This document shows, piece by piece, positions 1-9,377 of a stretch of DNA of 25,712 nucleotides. This DNA comes from Gemmatimonadaceae bacterium (lineage in GTDB: Bacteria; Gemmatimonadota; Gemmatimonadetes; Gemmatimonadales; Gemmatimonadaceae), in NCBI GenBank assembly GCA_033763905.1, contig JANRJP010000105.1:1-25712 (forward strand), in the 5' to 3' direction. Numbering within the stretch: position 1 is the stretch's first letter; each line of letters begins with the position of its first letter. The notes below the pieces were generated by a model. That model was not told the DNA's origin. It worked only from the letters and a program-made list of their open reading frames with translations, and did no database searches. The position numbers were made by a program, and so were the translations under genes.

Positions 1-273
1 GACGCTACGCACAATCGGCGACGAACTCCGCCACACCACCAACTCGTCACCCGGGATCGGCGTTCGGGGCTCTGCAGCCACGACCGCCGGCCGGCGCGCG
101 CCGGTGTAGAACACGGTCGGCGTGGTGTCGGCGGCCGGATCGGCGGCGCCCGCGCTGGGCCGAATGATGTTGATCGGTCCGCTCGGGGGCCCGCCGGGCA
201 CCGGACGCGCGGATTGCGCCCAGGCCGGCAGGGCGGCGATTGCCGTCAGTAGCGTCACGATCGCGGCGCGCAT
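1..273 (-). CDS. Secreted hypothetical protein, 5' part only (runs off the window start; not in the supplied ORF track)
   Basis: Manual translation from ATG at 273 gives MRAAIVTLLTAIAALPAWAQSARPVPGGPPSGPINIIRP..., open for 91 codons to position 1. It has a classical Sec signal peptide (AWA|Q) and is divergent from the DUF58 gene. Confidence 0.75.
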   Translation of the reverse strand, partial: MRAAIVTLLTAIAALPAWAQSARPVPGGPPSGPINIIRPSAGAADPAADTTPTVFYTGARRPAVVAAEPRTPIPGDELVVWRSSSPIVRSV

Positions 274-279
274 TGGAGG

Positions 280-307
280 CTCTACCCGGAGGTGACGGTG
301 AGGTTCC
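280..307 (-). promoter_or_regulatory. Possible ECF-sigma-type promoter (GGAACC-N16-GTAGAG) for the secreted protein
   Basis: Minus strand reads GGAACC-TCACCGTCACCTCCGG-GTAGAG, ending 6 nt before ATG 273. It resembles the generic ECF GGAAC...GT pattern. Confidence 0.3.
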
Positions 308-352
308 CGCATCCCCGGTGCATCCAGATTCTGGAAACGTCGGGGCGTCGCT

Positions 353-363
353 CCGCGTAGCTT
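353..363 (+). promoter_or_regulatory. Candidate housekeeping -10 element (TAGCTT within CCGCGTAGCTT) for the DUF58 operon
   Basis: TAnnnT hexamer at 358-363, 62 nt before ATG 426. The same 11-mer occurs upstream of yaeQ (16634-16644, - strand). No good -35 element. Confidence 0.35.
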
Positions 364-425
364 GTCGGCGTCCCGCCGCACTTCGCAAGCGGTGACTCGT
401 CCCATGCTCCCGTGACCGCCTTCTG

Positions 426-1331
426 ATGACCCCTGCGCTTCGGCCTGACCAGCTCGACCCCGCCGCCTTGGCGGCGCTCGGCCGAATGGAACTGGTGGCG
501 ACGTGGGTCGTGGATGGCTTTCTGACCGGCCTGCACCGATCGGCACGCAAGGGATTCAGCGTCGAGTTCGCCGAGCATCGGCCGTACCAGCCCGGCGACG
601 ACCCGCGCTACGTGGACTGGCGCATCGCGGCGCGGAGCGACCGGTGGGTCGTGAAGGAGTACGAAGAGGAAACCAACCTGCGGGCGATGGTGGTGCTGGA
701 CGGCAGTCGCTCGATGGCGTGGACTGGGGCGCCGACGCGACTGACGAAGCTCGCGTGGGCGAATCGCGTGACCGCCGCGATGGCGCTGCTGTTGTTGAAG
801 CAGCGCGATGCGGTGGGGCTCGTGCGATTCAGCGAGCGGATCGAGACCGTGGTGCCGCCGCGGGCGCGGATGGCGCACTGGACGCGCGTGCTGGCCCCCT
901 TGGTCGAGACGGCGAGTGGCGAAGGCACGGCGGTCGCGGACGCGCTGCTGCAGGCCGGTACGCTGGTGCGACGTCCCGGGTTGGTTGTGCTCGTGTCGGA
1001 TTTGCTGGCGGAGGTGGAGCCGATTGCCCGCGCCGTGCGGACGTTGCGCGCGGTGGGCCACGCCGTGCTGGTGATGCAGGTGCTGGACCCGGTCGAGACC
1101 GATTTGTCGCTCGGCGGTGAGGCGCTGCTGGAGGATCCGGAAGGCGGGGCGCTCGTGGCCGCGCAGCCCGCCGAGCTTCGTGAGGCCTACGTCGAGACGG
1201 TGGCCGAGGCGACGTTGGAGTGGCGGACCGTGTTCGGCAACGCCGGCGTGGCGTTTCATCAGGCGACGACGGCGCAACCGTTCGGCTTGGCGATGCGCGC
1301 CTTGCTCGCGGCGCGGGAACGGCTCCCGTGA
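426..1331 (+). CDS. DUF58 domain protein (MoxR-associated, vWA-like)
   Basis: Motifs GLHRSARKGFSVEFAEHRPYQPGDDPRYVDW, VKEYEEE, VLDGSRSM and LVSDL are typical of DUF58. 301 aa. Confidence 0.92.
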   Translation: MTPALRPDQLDPAALAALGRMELVATWVVDGFLTGLHRSARKGFSVEFAEHRPYQPGDDPRYVDWRIAARSDRWVVKEYEEETNLRAMVVLDGSRSMAWTGAPTRLTKLAWANRVTAAMALLLLKQRDAVGLVRFSERIETVVPPRARMAHWTRVLAPLVETASGEGTAVADALLQAGTLVRRPGLVVLVSDLLAEVEPIARAVRTLRAVGHAVLVMQVLDPVETDLSLGGEALLEDPEGGALVAAQPAELREAYVETVAEATLEWRTVFGNAGVAFHQATTAQPFGLAMRALLAARERLP

Positions 1332-3148
1332 ATTTTCTGTCGCCCGCGTGGCTCGCGCTGGGCTTGGCGATCGCGGTGCCGCTACTGCTGCATCTGCGGC
1401 GGCGCCCCGTGTCACGGCGCGTGGTGTTTCCCGCCGTGCGGTGGTTGTTGCGCGCGCAGAAGGAACACAGTCGCGAGCTGCGGCTACGCAATCTGCTGCT
1501 GATGGTGCTGCGGGCGGCGATCGTCCTGCTGATTACGGCCGCGGCGGCGGGGCCGGTGGTGCCGGGGATTCCCGGCGGGCACGCACCGACGGCGTTGGCG
1601 ATCGTCCTCGACAATTCCTTGAGCAGTTCGCGGGCGGTGTCCGGCACCACCACGCTCGAGCAGTTGCAGGCGGCGGCGTTGGGCGTGCTGAGTGACGCCA
1701 GCGATCTCGATCGCGTGTGGCTCGTGACGGTGGACGGCCAGGTGACGGGCGGGACGGCGGCGCAGGTGCGTGATGCGGTGCGGCGGGTCGCCGTGTGGCC
1801 GGGTGCTGGGGACCTCGCGTCCTCCGTGGGGCGCGCGCACGCGTTGGTGACGACGGCCCCGGGCCTTTCGCCGCGCGTGTTCGTGGCCACGGATGGGCAG
1901 AGCAGTTCGTGGCGCCGCGTGGCGTCCGCCTCGTCGGCGGACGTCACCGTCTTCACGCCGTCGGCGCCGCCTGATGCGCCATCGGCCGGGGCCGCGGTCG
2001 TCGAGGCGGAGCCGTCGCCGCCGCGCTGGTCGCCGCGAGGACGGTTGCGGGTGCGCGTCGCGGGGCCGGATTCACAACCGGTGCTGATCACGCTCGCCGG
2101 ACGGACGTTGGCCCGCAGTCGCGTCGGGCCGGATGCGCCGGGCCTGATTGCGGCGGCGCCGGTGGAGCGCGGCTGGCTGTCGGGGACCGTCGAGATTCCC
2201 CCTGATGCGCAGCGCGGCGATGACCGTCGTTGGTTCGCCGTGTGGGTGGGCCCCGCGCCGCAAGTGCGGCTTGATCTCTCGGCAGGACGCTTCGCGCGCG
2301 CCGCCTTCGACGCGTTGGTCGCCGACGGGCGTGCGCAGGCGGGGGGCAGCATCAGTGTGGCGAGCGCTGGTCGCGTCGCAGCGCTGCCGGCCTTGCTGTT
2401 GGCACCGAGCGACGCTGCTGGGCTGCCATCGGCCAACGCGGCGCTCGCCCGGCTGGGCGTGCCGTGGCGCTTCGCGCCCGCGACGACCGGTGCCGGAACG
2501 GCCCGCGGTGAAGGCTGGGTGACCGGCGCGCGCGTCTCGAAGCGCTTTGTGCTCTCGCGCAGTGGCCAAGGGGACGCGGGCCCGGGCGACACGCTGGCGA
2601 CCGTGGCTGGGGCGCCGTGGATCGTGTCGGGCCCGCGGTACGTGCTGATAGGGTCGCCGCTCGACACCGCGGCCACCGACGCGATGTTGCGCCCCGGCTT
2701 CGTCCCCTGGCTCGGCGAAGTGCTGGCGGCGCGGTTGTCGGGAGACGGCGGGCCGCTGTTGCAGGCGGCACCCGGCGGCGACGTGGTGTGGCCCGATGTC
2801 CTCGATGCGCTGCAGACGACGGAAGGGACGGTGCAGCCGCTGACGGGTCGGCGCTTTGCGGCACCGGCGGAGCCCGGGGTGTACTTTGCCGTCCGCGATG
2901 GAGCGCGACGCGGCGCGCTGGTGGTGAATTCGGAACCCGGAGAATCGGACGTGGGACGGCTGGGGGCGCAGGGCGTGGCAGCACGCGTGCGGGCGGCGAC
3001 GGTGACGCCCGTCAGGGAGGCCGCGGCGGCGCGGCGTGCGGCGTATGGCGGGGGCGGTGCGGCCGCCATGTTGGGACCGGCGATCCTCGGTGCGCTGGCC
3101 TTGTTGTTGGTCGAAGGCGTGGCGGCTCGGCACGGGAAGGAGGCGTAA
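1328..3148 (+). CDS. BatA-domain / vWA-containing membrane protein
   Basis: GTG 1328 overlaps the DUF58 stop (GTGA). The N-terminus FLSPAWLALGLAIAVPLLLHL..RRVVFPAVRWL is BatA-like. MIDAS-like IVLDNSLSS and ATDGQ, and a C-terminal TM helix ending LLLVEG. 606 aa. Confidence 0.85.
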   Translation: MNFLSPAWLALGLAIAVPLLLHLRRRPVSRRVVFPAVRWLLRAQKEHSRELRLRNLLLMVLRAAIVLLITAAAAGPVVPGIPGGHAPTALAIVLDNSLSSSRAVSGTTTLEQLQAAALGVLSDASDLDRVWLVTVDGQVTGGTAAQVRDAVRRVAVWPGAGDLASSVGRAHALVTTAPGLSPRVFVATDGQSSSWRRVASASSADVTVFTPSAPPDAPSAGAAVVEAEPSPPRWSPRGRLRVRVAGPDSQPVLITLAGRTLARSRVGPDAPGLIAAAPVERGWLSGTVEIPPDAQRGDDRRWFAVWVGPAPQVRLDLSAGRFARAAFDALVADGRAQAGGSISVASAGRVAALPALLLAPSDAAGLPSANAALARLGVPWRFAPATTGAGTARGEGWVTGARVSKRFVLSRSGQGDAGPGDTLATVAGAPWIVSGPRYVLIGSPLDTAATDAMLRPGFVPWLGEVLAARLSGDGGPLLQAAPGGDVVWPDVLDALQTTEGTVQPLTGRRFAAPAEPGVYFAVRDGARRGALVVNSEPGESDVGRLGAQGVAARVRAATVTPVREAAAARRAAYGGGGAAAMLGPAILGALALLLVEGVAARHGKEA

Positions 3149-3154
3149 GGCCCG

Positions 3155-6100
3155 ATGGCGCTCCCCCTGCTCCTCGACGCGCTCGAGGCGCTTCCGACGT
3201 TTACGCGACTGCTGGGCGACCTCCCGGCGGCGCGCGGCGAACGCCACGCCGCAGGCCTGGCGGGATCGTCCGACGCGTTGCTCGTTGCCGGCTTGGCGCG
3301 ACGACTTCCGTCGCGACTGCTGGTCGTTGCCACTGCCGGTCTGCCCGAGGCCGAGCGTTGGCTCGCTGATCTGGATGCCATCGCCGACGCCGGCGGCGCG
3401 GCGTTGTATCCGCCGCGCGAAGGCTTTGGCGAAGCGGAGCCGCACGCCGAGATCGCAGGCGAACGCGTCGAGACGCTGGCCCGCGTCGCCAAGGGAGAGG
3501 TCCGCATTCTGCTGGTGCCCGCGCGCGCGTTGCTGGAGCGCACGCGTCTGCCGCAGGCGCTGTCGTCGGGCCGTCTCGAGATTGCCGCGGGCGACGCGTG
3601 GCGCCTCGCGGACTTGGTCGAGCATCTGACCGCGATCGGCTTCGAGCAGGTGCCGATGGTCGAGGACGTCGCCCAGTTCTCGGTGCGCGGCGGGATCGTC
3701 GACATCTATTCGTTCGGGATGGCGGATCCGGTGCGCCTCGAGTTCTGGGGCGACGAGATCCAGGAACTGCGGCACTTCGATCTCTTGACCCAGCGCACGA
3801 CGCGCCTAGCCGAGCGGGCGGTCGTGCTCCCGGTGGATGGCGCCGGCCCTGCGGACGATGACGCCGAGCGCGTCTCGATTCTGTCGTTGCTGCCACCGGA
3901 CACCTTGGTGGTGCTGCCCTCGGGCACGCATCTCGAGCCGGAGTTCCGGCGCACGTGGGAGGAAGCGGCGCACCACGGCGAGCTCGCGAGGCGCCGCGGC
4001 GAGGACGTGCCGCCGCGGGATGCGCTGTTCGTGCTCCCCGGTGACGCGCTCGACGCGTTGCGGCAGTTCGGTGCCCTGCATCTGCATCCCGGCGAAGGCC
4101 CGGACGGGCTCGGCGCGATCGGCTTCCCGTTCCGCGCGCCCGAGGTGATCGAGCGCGACATCGAGCGCCTCAAGCGGATCATCGCCGACGGCACGCAGAC
4201 ACTGATCCTCTGCGACAACTCCGGTCAGGCCGAGCGACTCGAGGAGCTGCTCACCGACGATGGTCGCGTGCCGACCAAGGCCGCGCTGGTGCTCGGCACA
4301 TTGGGGGGCGGCTTCCGGCTGGGTCCGTCGGGTGTGGGTGGGCTTCGGGTGCTCACCGACCACGAGATCTTCCGTCGCGAGCGGCGCCTGCGTCGGGCGC
4401 GGCGCTACGGTAGCGGCACCTCGCTCGAAAGCATCACCGCGCTCAAGCCGGGCGACTACGTAGTGCACCTCGAGCACGGCGTGGGGATCTACCGCGGCAT
4501 CGAGCGGATCTTCGTCGGCGAAAGCACGATCGAAGCCGCCGTGGTGGAGTACGAAGGCGGCGACAAGTTGAACGTGCCGCTGTACCGGATCGACTTGATC
4601 GAGCGGTACCGTGCGGCGGGCGACGTGAGCGAAGATCTTCCCGCGCCGCGGCTGCACCGCCTGGGCGGCAAGCGCTGGCAGCAACAGCGCGACAAGACCC
4701 GCGCGGCCATCGCCGAGATGACGCAGGAGCTGCTCGATCTCTACGCGCGGCGACAGATCACCACGCGGCCTGCGCATCATCCCGACGGCGCGTGGCAACG
4801 CCAGCTCGAGAGTTCGTTCCTGTTCGAGGACACGCCGGATCAGCGCAAGGCGACGCTCGACGTGAAGAAGGATCTCGAGTCGCCGCGGCCGATGGATCGG
4901 CTGCTGGTGGGGGACGTGGGGTACGGCAAGACGGAAGTGGCCATTCGCGCGGCGTTCAAGGCGGTGCAGAGCGGACGACAGGTCGCGGTGCTGGTGCCGA
5001 CGACGATTCTGGCGGACCAGCATTACCGCACGTTCAGCGAGCGACTGGCGGATTTTCCGGTCACGGTCGCGGCCTTGTCCCGCTTCCAGTCGGCGAAGGA
5101 GCAGGCCGCCGTGATCGCGTCGGTGGGGCAGAAGGGCGTGGACATCATCGTTGGGACGCACCGCCTGCTGAGTGAGGACGTGAAGTTCGCCGATCTCGGG
5201 CTCGTGATCGTCGACGAGGAACACCGGTTCGGGGTGAAGCACAAGGAACGGCTCAAGAAGCTCAAGCTCGACACCGACGTGCTCACGCTGACGGCGACGC
5301 CGATTCCGCGCACGTTGCATCAGGCGATGGCCGGTCTGCGCGACCTGACCCTGATTCAGACGCCGCCACGGGATCGGTCTCCGGTGCTCACGTATCTGGA
5401 GCCGTTCGACGATGCGCTTATCGAAGAGGGCATCGCGCGCGAGCTCGACCGTGGCGGGCAGGTGTTCTTCGTGCACAACCGCATCGACACGATCGAGGCG
5501 ATGGCCGATCACCTGCGGCGGCTGGTGCCGCGCGCCCGCGTCGGGGTGGCGCACGGGCAGATGCGCGAGAAGCAGCTCGAAGACGTGATGCACGAGTTCG
5601 TCGGCGGCCGACTCGACGTGCTGGTCTCGACGATGATCGTCGAGACCGGCCTCGACGTGCCGAACGCGAACACGATGTTCGTCAATCGCGCCGATCATTT
5701 CGGCTTGGCGCAGCTGTATCAGTTGCGAGGTCGCGTCGGGCGGTCGCACCGGCGGGCCTACTGCTACCTGGTCGTGCCTGATTCGCTGGACGAGGACGCC
5801 GAGCGCCGTTTGCGGGTGCTGGAGCACCACACCGAGCTCGGCGCAGGCTACCGCGTGGCGCTGCGCGACCTCGAACTGCGCGGGGCGGGCAACCTGCTGG
5901 GGCCGGAGCAGTCCGGGTTCGTCCACTCGGTCGGCTTCGACCTGTATCTGAAGATGCTCGACGAGGCGGTGCATCGGGTGCAATCGGGCGATCAGGCGCC
6001 GAAGCTGGTGCCGGCGGACGTGACGCTCGACGTCGCCCATTACCTGCCGGACGACTATCTGGTGTCCCGCGAGGTCAAGCTGGACTTGTACCGTCGCTTG

Positions 6101-6460
6101 GCGGCGCAGGTGGACGCGGCGGGTATCGACGCGATTCGGGACGAGCTGCGGGATCGGTTCGGTCCCTTGCCGGCCCCAGCGACGGCGTTCTTCTCGATGA
6201 CCTTGTTGCGCGTCCTGGGCGGGGCGATGGGGCTGGAAACCGTGCTTGTGCGTGGCGATGAGGCCCGGATTAGCTTTCGGGATTCCACGGCCCCTCGTCT
6301 CAAGGGGCTCAGCGCCGCGTTCCACGAGGTTCAGTTCCAGGCCGAAGTGAAGCGCGCGCAGCCGTTGTCACTCAAGCTCACCCGATTGGGCGGTGCCACG
6401 GTGCTGGACGGGCTCGTTGCCGCGTTCCGCACCATCGCCGTCTCCCCGAGTTCCCACTGA
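3155..6460 (+). CDS. mfd: Transcription-repair coupling factor Mfd
   Basis: UvrB-homology FSVRGGIVDIY, RID GDYVVHLEHGVGIY, Walker A GDVGYGKT, DEEH box, TATPIPRT, QLRGRVGRS, TRG motif RDLELRGAGNLLG and a C-terminal TRCF domain. 1101 aa. Confidence 0.98.
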   Translation: MALPLLLDALEALPTFTRLLGDLPAARGERHAAGLAGSSDALLVAGLARRLPSRLLVVATAGLPEAERWLADLDAIADAGGAALYPPREGFGEAEPHAEIAGERVETLARVAKGEVRILLVPARALLERTRLPQALSSGRLEIAAGDAWRLADLVEHLTAIGFEQVPMVEDVAQFSVRGGIVDIYSFGMADPVRLEFWGDEIQELRHFDLLTQRTTRLAERAVVLPVDGAGPADDDAERVSILSLLPPDTLVVLPSGTHLEPEFRRTWEEAAHHGELARRRGEDVPPRDALFVLPGDALDALRQFGALHLHPGEGPDGLGAIGFPFRAPEVIERDIERLKRIIADGTQTLILCDNSGQAERLEELLTDDGRVPTKAALVLGTLGGGFRLGPSGVGGLRVLTDHEIFRRERRLRRARRYGSGTSLESITALKPGDYVVHLEHGVGIYRGIERIFVGESTIEAAVVEYEGGDKLNVPLYRIDLIERYRAAGDVSEDLPAPRLHRLGGKRWQQQRDKTRAAIAEMTQELLDLYARRQITTRPAHHPDGAWQRQLESSFLFEDTPDQRKATLDVKKDLESPRPMDRLLVGDVGYGKTEVAIRAAFKAVQSGRQVAVLVPTTILADQHYRTFSERLADFPVTVAALSRFQSAKEQAAVIASVGQKGVDIIVGTHRLLSEDVKFADLGLVIVDEEHRFGVKHKERLKKLKLDTDVLTLTATPIPRTLHQAMAGLRDLTLIQTPPRDRSPVLTYLEPFDDALIEEGIARELDRGGQVFFVHNRIDTIEAMADHLRRLVPRARVGVAHGQMREKQLEDVMHEFVGGRLDVLVSTMIVETGLDVPNANTMFVNRADHFGLAQLYQLRGRVGRSHRRAYCYLVVPDSLDEDAERRLRVLEHHTELGAGYRVALRDLELRGAGNLLGPEQSGFVHSVGFDLYLKMLDEAVHRVQSGDQAPKLVPADVTLDVAHYLPDDYLVSREVKLDLYRRLAAQVDAAGIDAIRDELRDRFGPLPAPATAFFSMTLLRVLGGAMGLETVLVRGDEARISFRDSTAPRLKGLSAAFHEVQFQAEVKRAQPLSLKLTRLGGATVLDGLVAAFRTIAVSPSSH

Positions 6461-7971
6461 TGAATCTCCGTCGCGTTTCCGTCCTGTCCGCTGTCATGCT
6501 CGTGTCCGTCGTCGGTTGCGACGGGCTCAAGAGTGCGTTCTCGATGAACCCGGACGTCGCGGCCAAGGCCGGCAAGCAGGAGTTGACGGTCGAGCGGCTG
6601 GGTAACCTGCTCGGCGGTTCGCAGGCCCCGCTGGATGAGCCGACGGCGCGTGCCGTCGCCGACCTCTGGGTGAGCTACCAGCTGGTGGCGCGCGCGGCCG
6701 CGGAAGGCGACTCCCTCGCGGACACGACTGTGGTCGATGCGGCGCTGGAAACGGTGTACGACCGGATGCGCGTCGAGAAGTGGCAGCAGTCGGTGATGCC
6801 GACGCTGCAGGCCAAGGTGGACACGAACACGTTCGAGCAGCAGTACGCGGCGGGGGCGCTGTACCACGCGCGCCACATTCTCGTGTCGGTGCCGCAGGAT
6901 GCCACGCCGGCGCAGCGCGCGTCGCTCAAGACGAAGGCAGAAGGCATTCGCGCGCGGGTGACCTCGGCGAACTTCGCGCAGGTCGCGACCCGCGAGTCGA
7001 ACGATCCGGGGTCGGCGAAGAACGGCGGCCTGCTCGGCGCCTTCCCGAAGGGCGCGATGGTCGCGCCGTTCGAGGCGGCCGTGGCGGCGACGAAGCCGGG
7101 GGAGATCTCGCCGGTGATCGAGACGCAGTTCGGCTACCACATCATTCGCCGCTCGACCTACGCCGAAGCCAAGCCGGAAGTCGGCGCGCAGATGCAGCAG
7201 CTCGGTATGGCGGCCGCCGAGAGCACGTTCATCGCGGGCCTCGAGAAGGACGCCGGCATCAGCTACAAGTCGAACGCCATCGCGACGCTGCGGTCGATTG
7301 CGTCGAGCCTGTCGGAGAACACGTCGAACAAGACGGTCATCGCGTCGATGAAGGGCGGTGACTATCGGGCGGCGGACGCGGCGAAGATGCTGCTCGGCAT
7401 TCCGCAGCGCGGCCAGATCGCGTCGCAGCTCGCGCAGGCGCCGGATTCGGTGGTGCGGACGCAGTTGCTCGAGCCGATGGTGCGGACGGCGGTCGTGGTG
7501 CGCGCGGCCCGCGCGGCGAATCTGCCGCTGGACACGGCGATGGTTGGTCAGGTGCGTCGCTCGTTCGGTCAGGCGTTGCAGGCGGCGTGGGCCGGCCTTG
7601 GTGTGGCGCCGTCGGCGCTGACGGACAGCGCGAAGACGCCCGAGGACAAGGCGAAGTTGGCCGCGACGCGGGTCGAGGCCACGCTGGACCGGATCATCGC
7701 CGGCCAGGCGCCGGTGGTGCAGGTGCCGATGCCGGTCGAGTCGGCGCTGCGCGGCAAGTTTGCGGCGGCGGTGAGCGCGGAAGGCCTCAAGAAGTCGGTC
7801 GAGAAGGCGAAGCTGGTGCGGGCGCAGGCCGATTCGGCGCGCGCGGCAGCCGTGCCGCAGTCGGCGGTGCCGCTCCCGGGCGGCGCGGACAAGGCGTTGC
7901 CGTCGACGCCGGTGCCGGCTCCTGCGCCGGCGGCTGGTGCGAAGGCGCCCGGCACGAAGCAGCCGGAGTAA
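6460..7971 (+). CDS. Parvulin (PpiC-type) peptidyl-prolyl isomerase/chaperone, probable lipoprotein
   Basis: Lipobox-like VVG|C at residue 20. Parvulin motifs ARHILV, FAQVATRESNDPGSAKNGGLLG, MVAPFE and ETQFGYHII. Pro/Ala-rich tail. ATG overlaps the mfd stop by 1 nt. Confidence 0.88.
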   Translation: MNLRRVSVLSAVMLVSVVGCDGLKSAFSMNPDVAAKAGKQELTVERLGNLLGGSQAPLDEPTARAVADLWVSYQLVARAAAEGDSLADTTVVDAALETVYDRMRVEKWQQSVMPTLQAKVDTNTFEQQYAAGALYHARHILVSVPQDATPAQRASLKTKAEGIRARVTSANFAQVATRESNDPGSAKNGGLLGAFPKGAMVAPFEAAVAATKPGEISPVIETQFGYHIIRRSTYAEAKPEVGAQMQQLGMAAAESTFIAGLEKDAGISYKSNAIATLRSIASSLSENTSNKTVIASMKGGDYRAADAAKMLLGIPQRGQIASQLAQAPDSVVRTQLLEPMVRTAVVVRAARAANLPLDTAMVGQVRRSFGQALQAAWAGLGVAPSALTDSAKTPEDKAKLAATRVEATLDRIIAGQAPVVQVPMPVESALRGKFAAAVSAEGLKKSVEKAKLVRAQADSARAAAVPQSAVPLPGGADKALPSTPVPAPAPAAGAKAPGTKQPE

Positions 7972-8007
7972 CGGATCAGCCCCGGGCGTTCGAGGGTAAT
8001 CCGTCGT

Positions 8008-9375
8008 ATGCGTACGCTGCTCGGACTCGCGGTCGCCGGACTGGTGTGGTGCACCAGTCCGGCTGCCGCACAGGATTCCGCGGCGGTCCGCCGCGATTCC
8101 ATCGTGTGGGGGAACGACCTCCCCGTCGACCAGATCGTGGCGGTGGTCGGTTCGACGCCAATCCTGTGGTCGGACGTGCTGTTTTCGATTGCCGCGCGGC
8201 TGCGCGGGCAGCGGCCCCCCGCCGATGAGAAGGGCCAGCGTGCGCTCGCCGAAGAGGCGCTGAACCAGCTGATCAACGAAGAAGTGCTGGTGCAGAAGGC
8301 CAAGTCGGACACGGCGATCAAGGTGACCGACGCCGATCTGGCTCCGCAGGTGGATCAGGCGTTCAAGCGGGTGCGGGATCAGTTCCGCAGCGACGCCGAG
8401 CTGCGTGAAGCGCTCAAGCGCGAGGCGCTGGGATCGGTCGACGAGTATCGCAAGAAGCTCACCGACGATGCGCGGCGCCAGGAACTGCAGACGCGCTTCG
8501 TGCAAAAGATGAAGCAGGACGGGCGGATGCTGCCGGCGGCCGTGACCGAAGCCGAGATCGAAGAGAGCTTCAATCGGGCCAAGGCGCAGTTTCCTCCGAA
8601 GCCGCCCACCGTGGCGTTCCGCCAGATCGCGGTGACCCCGCGGCCGAGCGACGCGGCACGCAAGGCGGCGATCGACAAGATCACCGCGATCGCCGACGAA
8701 ATCGCGAAGGGCGCGGACTTCGAGCTCTTGGCGAAGCGTGAATCGATGGACGGCTCCAAGGACGTCGGCGGAGATCTGGGCTGGAACCGCCGCGGCAAGA
8801 TGGTCCCCGCGTTCGATCGGATGATGTTCGCGTTGCCGCCGAACGTGGTGAGCCCGGTCGTCGAGACCGTGTTCGGCTTCCATCTGATTCGCGTCGATCG
8901 TGTGCAGCCGGGCGAAGTGAAGGCGCGTCACATCCTGATTCGCCCCACGGTGGATTCGGCCGATGTGCGCTTGGCGAAGGCACGCGCGGACACCTTGGCG
9001 AGGCTCTGGGCGTCGGGCGCGTCGTTCGACTCGCTCGTGACCAACTTCCACGACGAGTCCGAGGACAAGGGCTCGATCGAACCCTTCGATCGCACGCAGT
9101 TGCCGGAGCGCTATCAGAAGGCGCTCGAAGGCAAGGGCAAGGGGGACATTGCCGGGCCGTTCGAAGTGCCGGACCCCCGGGGGACGTCCAAGTTCTTCGT
9201 GCTGCAGGTGGTCAGCGCGAACGACGGCGGCGAGTACACGCTGGACGAGATCCGCGACCGCATTCGCGAGCAGCGGTCGCAGGAGAAGTCGATTGAGCGG
9301 TTGCTGGGCCTGCTCAAGAAGGAGATCCACGTGGCCGTGCTGCTTGGCCCCACGCTGCCGACGCCGCTCAACTGA
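8008..9375 (+). CDS. surA: SurA-like periplasmic chaperone/PPIase
   Basis: Signal peptide AAA|Q, SurA N-domain VDQIVAVVGSTPILWSDV..LNQLINEEVLVQKA, two parvulin-like domains (FELLAKRES..GGDLGW..FGFHLI; VKARHILI), and position directly upstream of pdxA. Confidence 0.85.
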   Translation: MRTLLGLAVAGLVWCTSPAAAQDSAAVRRDSIVWGNDLPVDQIVAVVGSTPILWSDVLFSIAARLRGQRPPADEKGQRALAEEALNQLINEEVLVQKAKSDTAIKVTDADLAPQVDQAFKRVRDQFRSDAELREALKREALGSVDEYRKKLTDDARRQELQTRFVQKMKQDGRMLPAAVTEAEIEESFNRAKAQFPPKPPTVAFRQIAVTPRPSDAARKAAIDKITAIADEIAKGADFELLAKRESMDGSKDVGGDLGWNRRGKMVPAFDRMMFALPPNVVSPVVETVFGFHLIRVDRVQPGEVKARHILIRPTVDSADVRLAKARADTLARLWASGASFDSLVTNFHDESEDKGSIEPFDRTQLPERYQKALEGKGKGDIAGPFEVPDPRGTSKFFVLQVVSANDGGEYTLDEIRDRIREQRSQEKSIERLLGLLKKEIHVAVLLGPTLPTPLN

Positions 9376-9377
9376 CG

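Noticed and set aside
319..346. TGCATCC as a third SigK-type promoter
   Set aside because: At the 15-nt spacing the -10 position reads CGGGGC, not NCGAA.
7972..8003. Possible hairpin between the two PPIase genes
   Set aside because: Only a 5-bp perfect outer stem with several mismatches and no U-tract.
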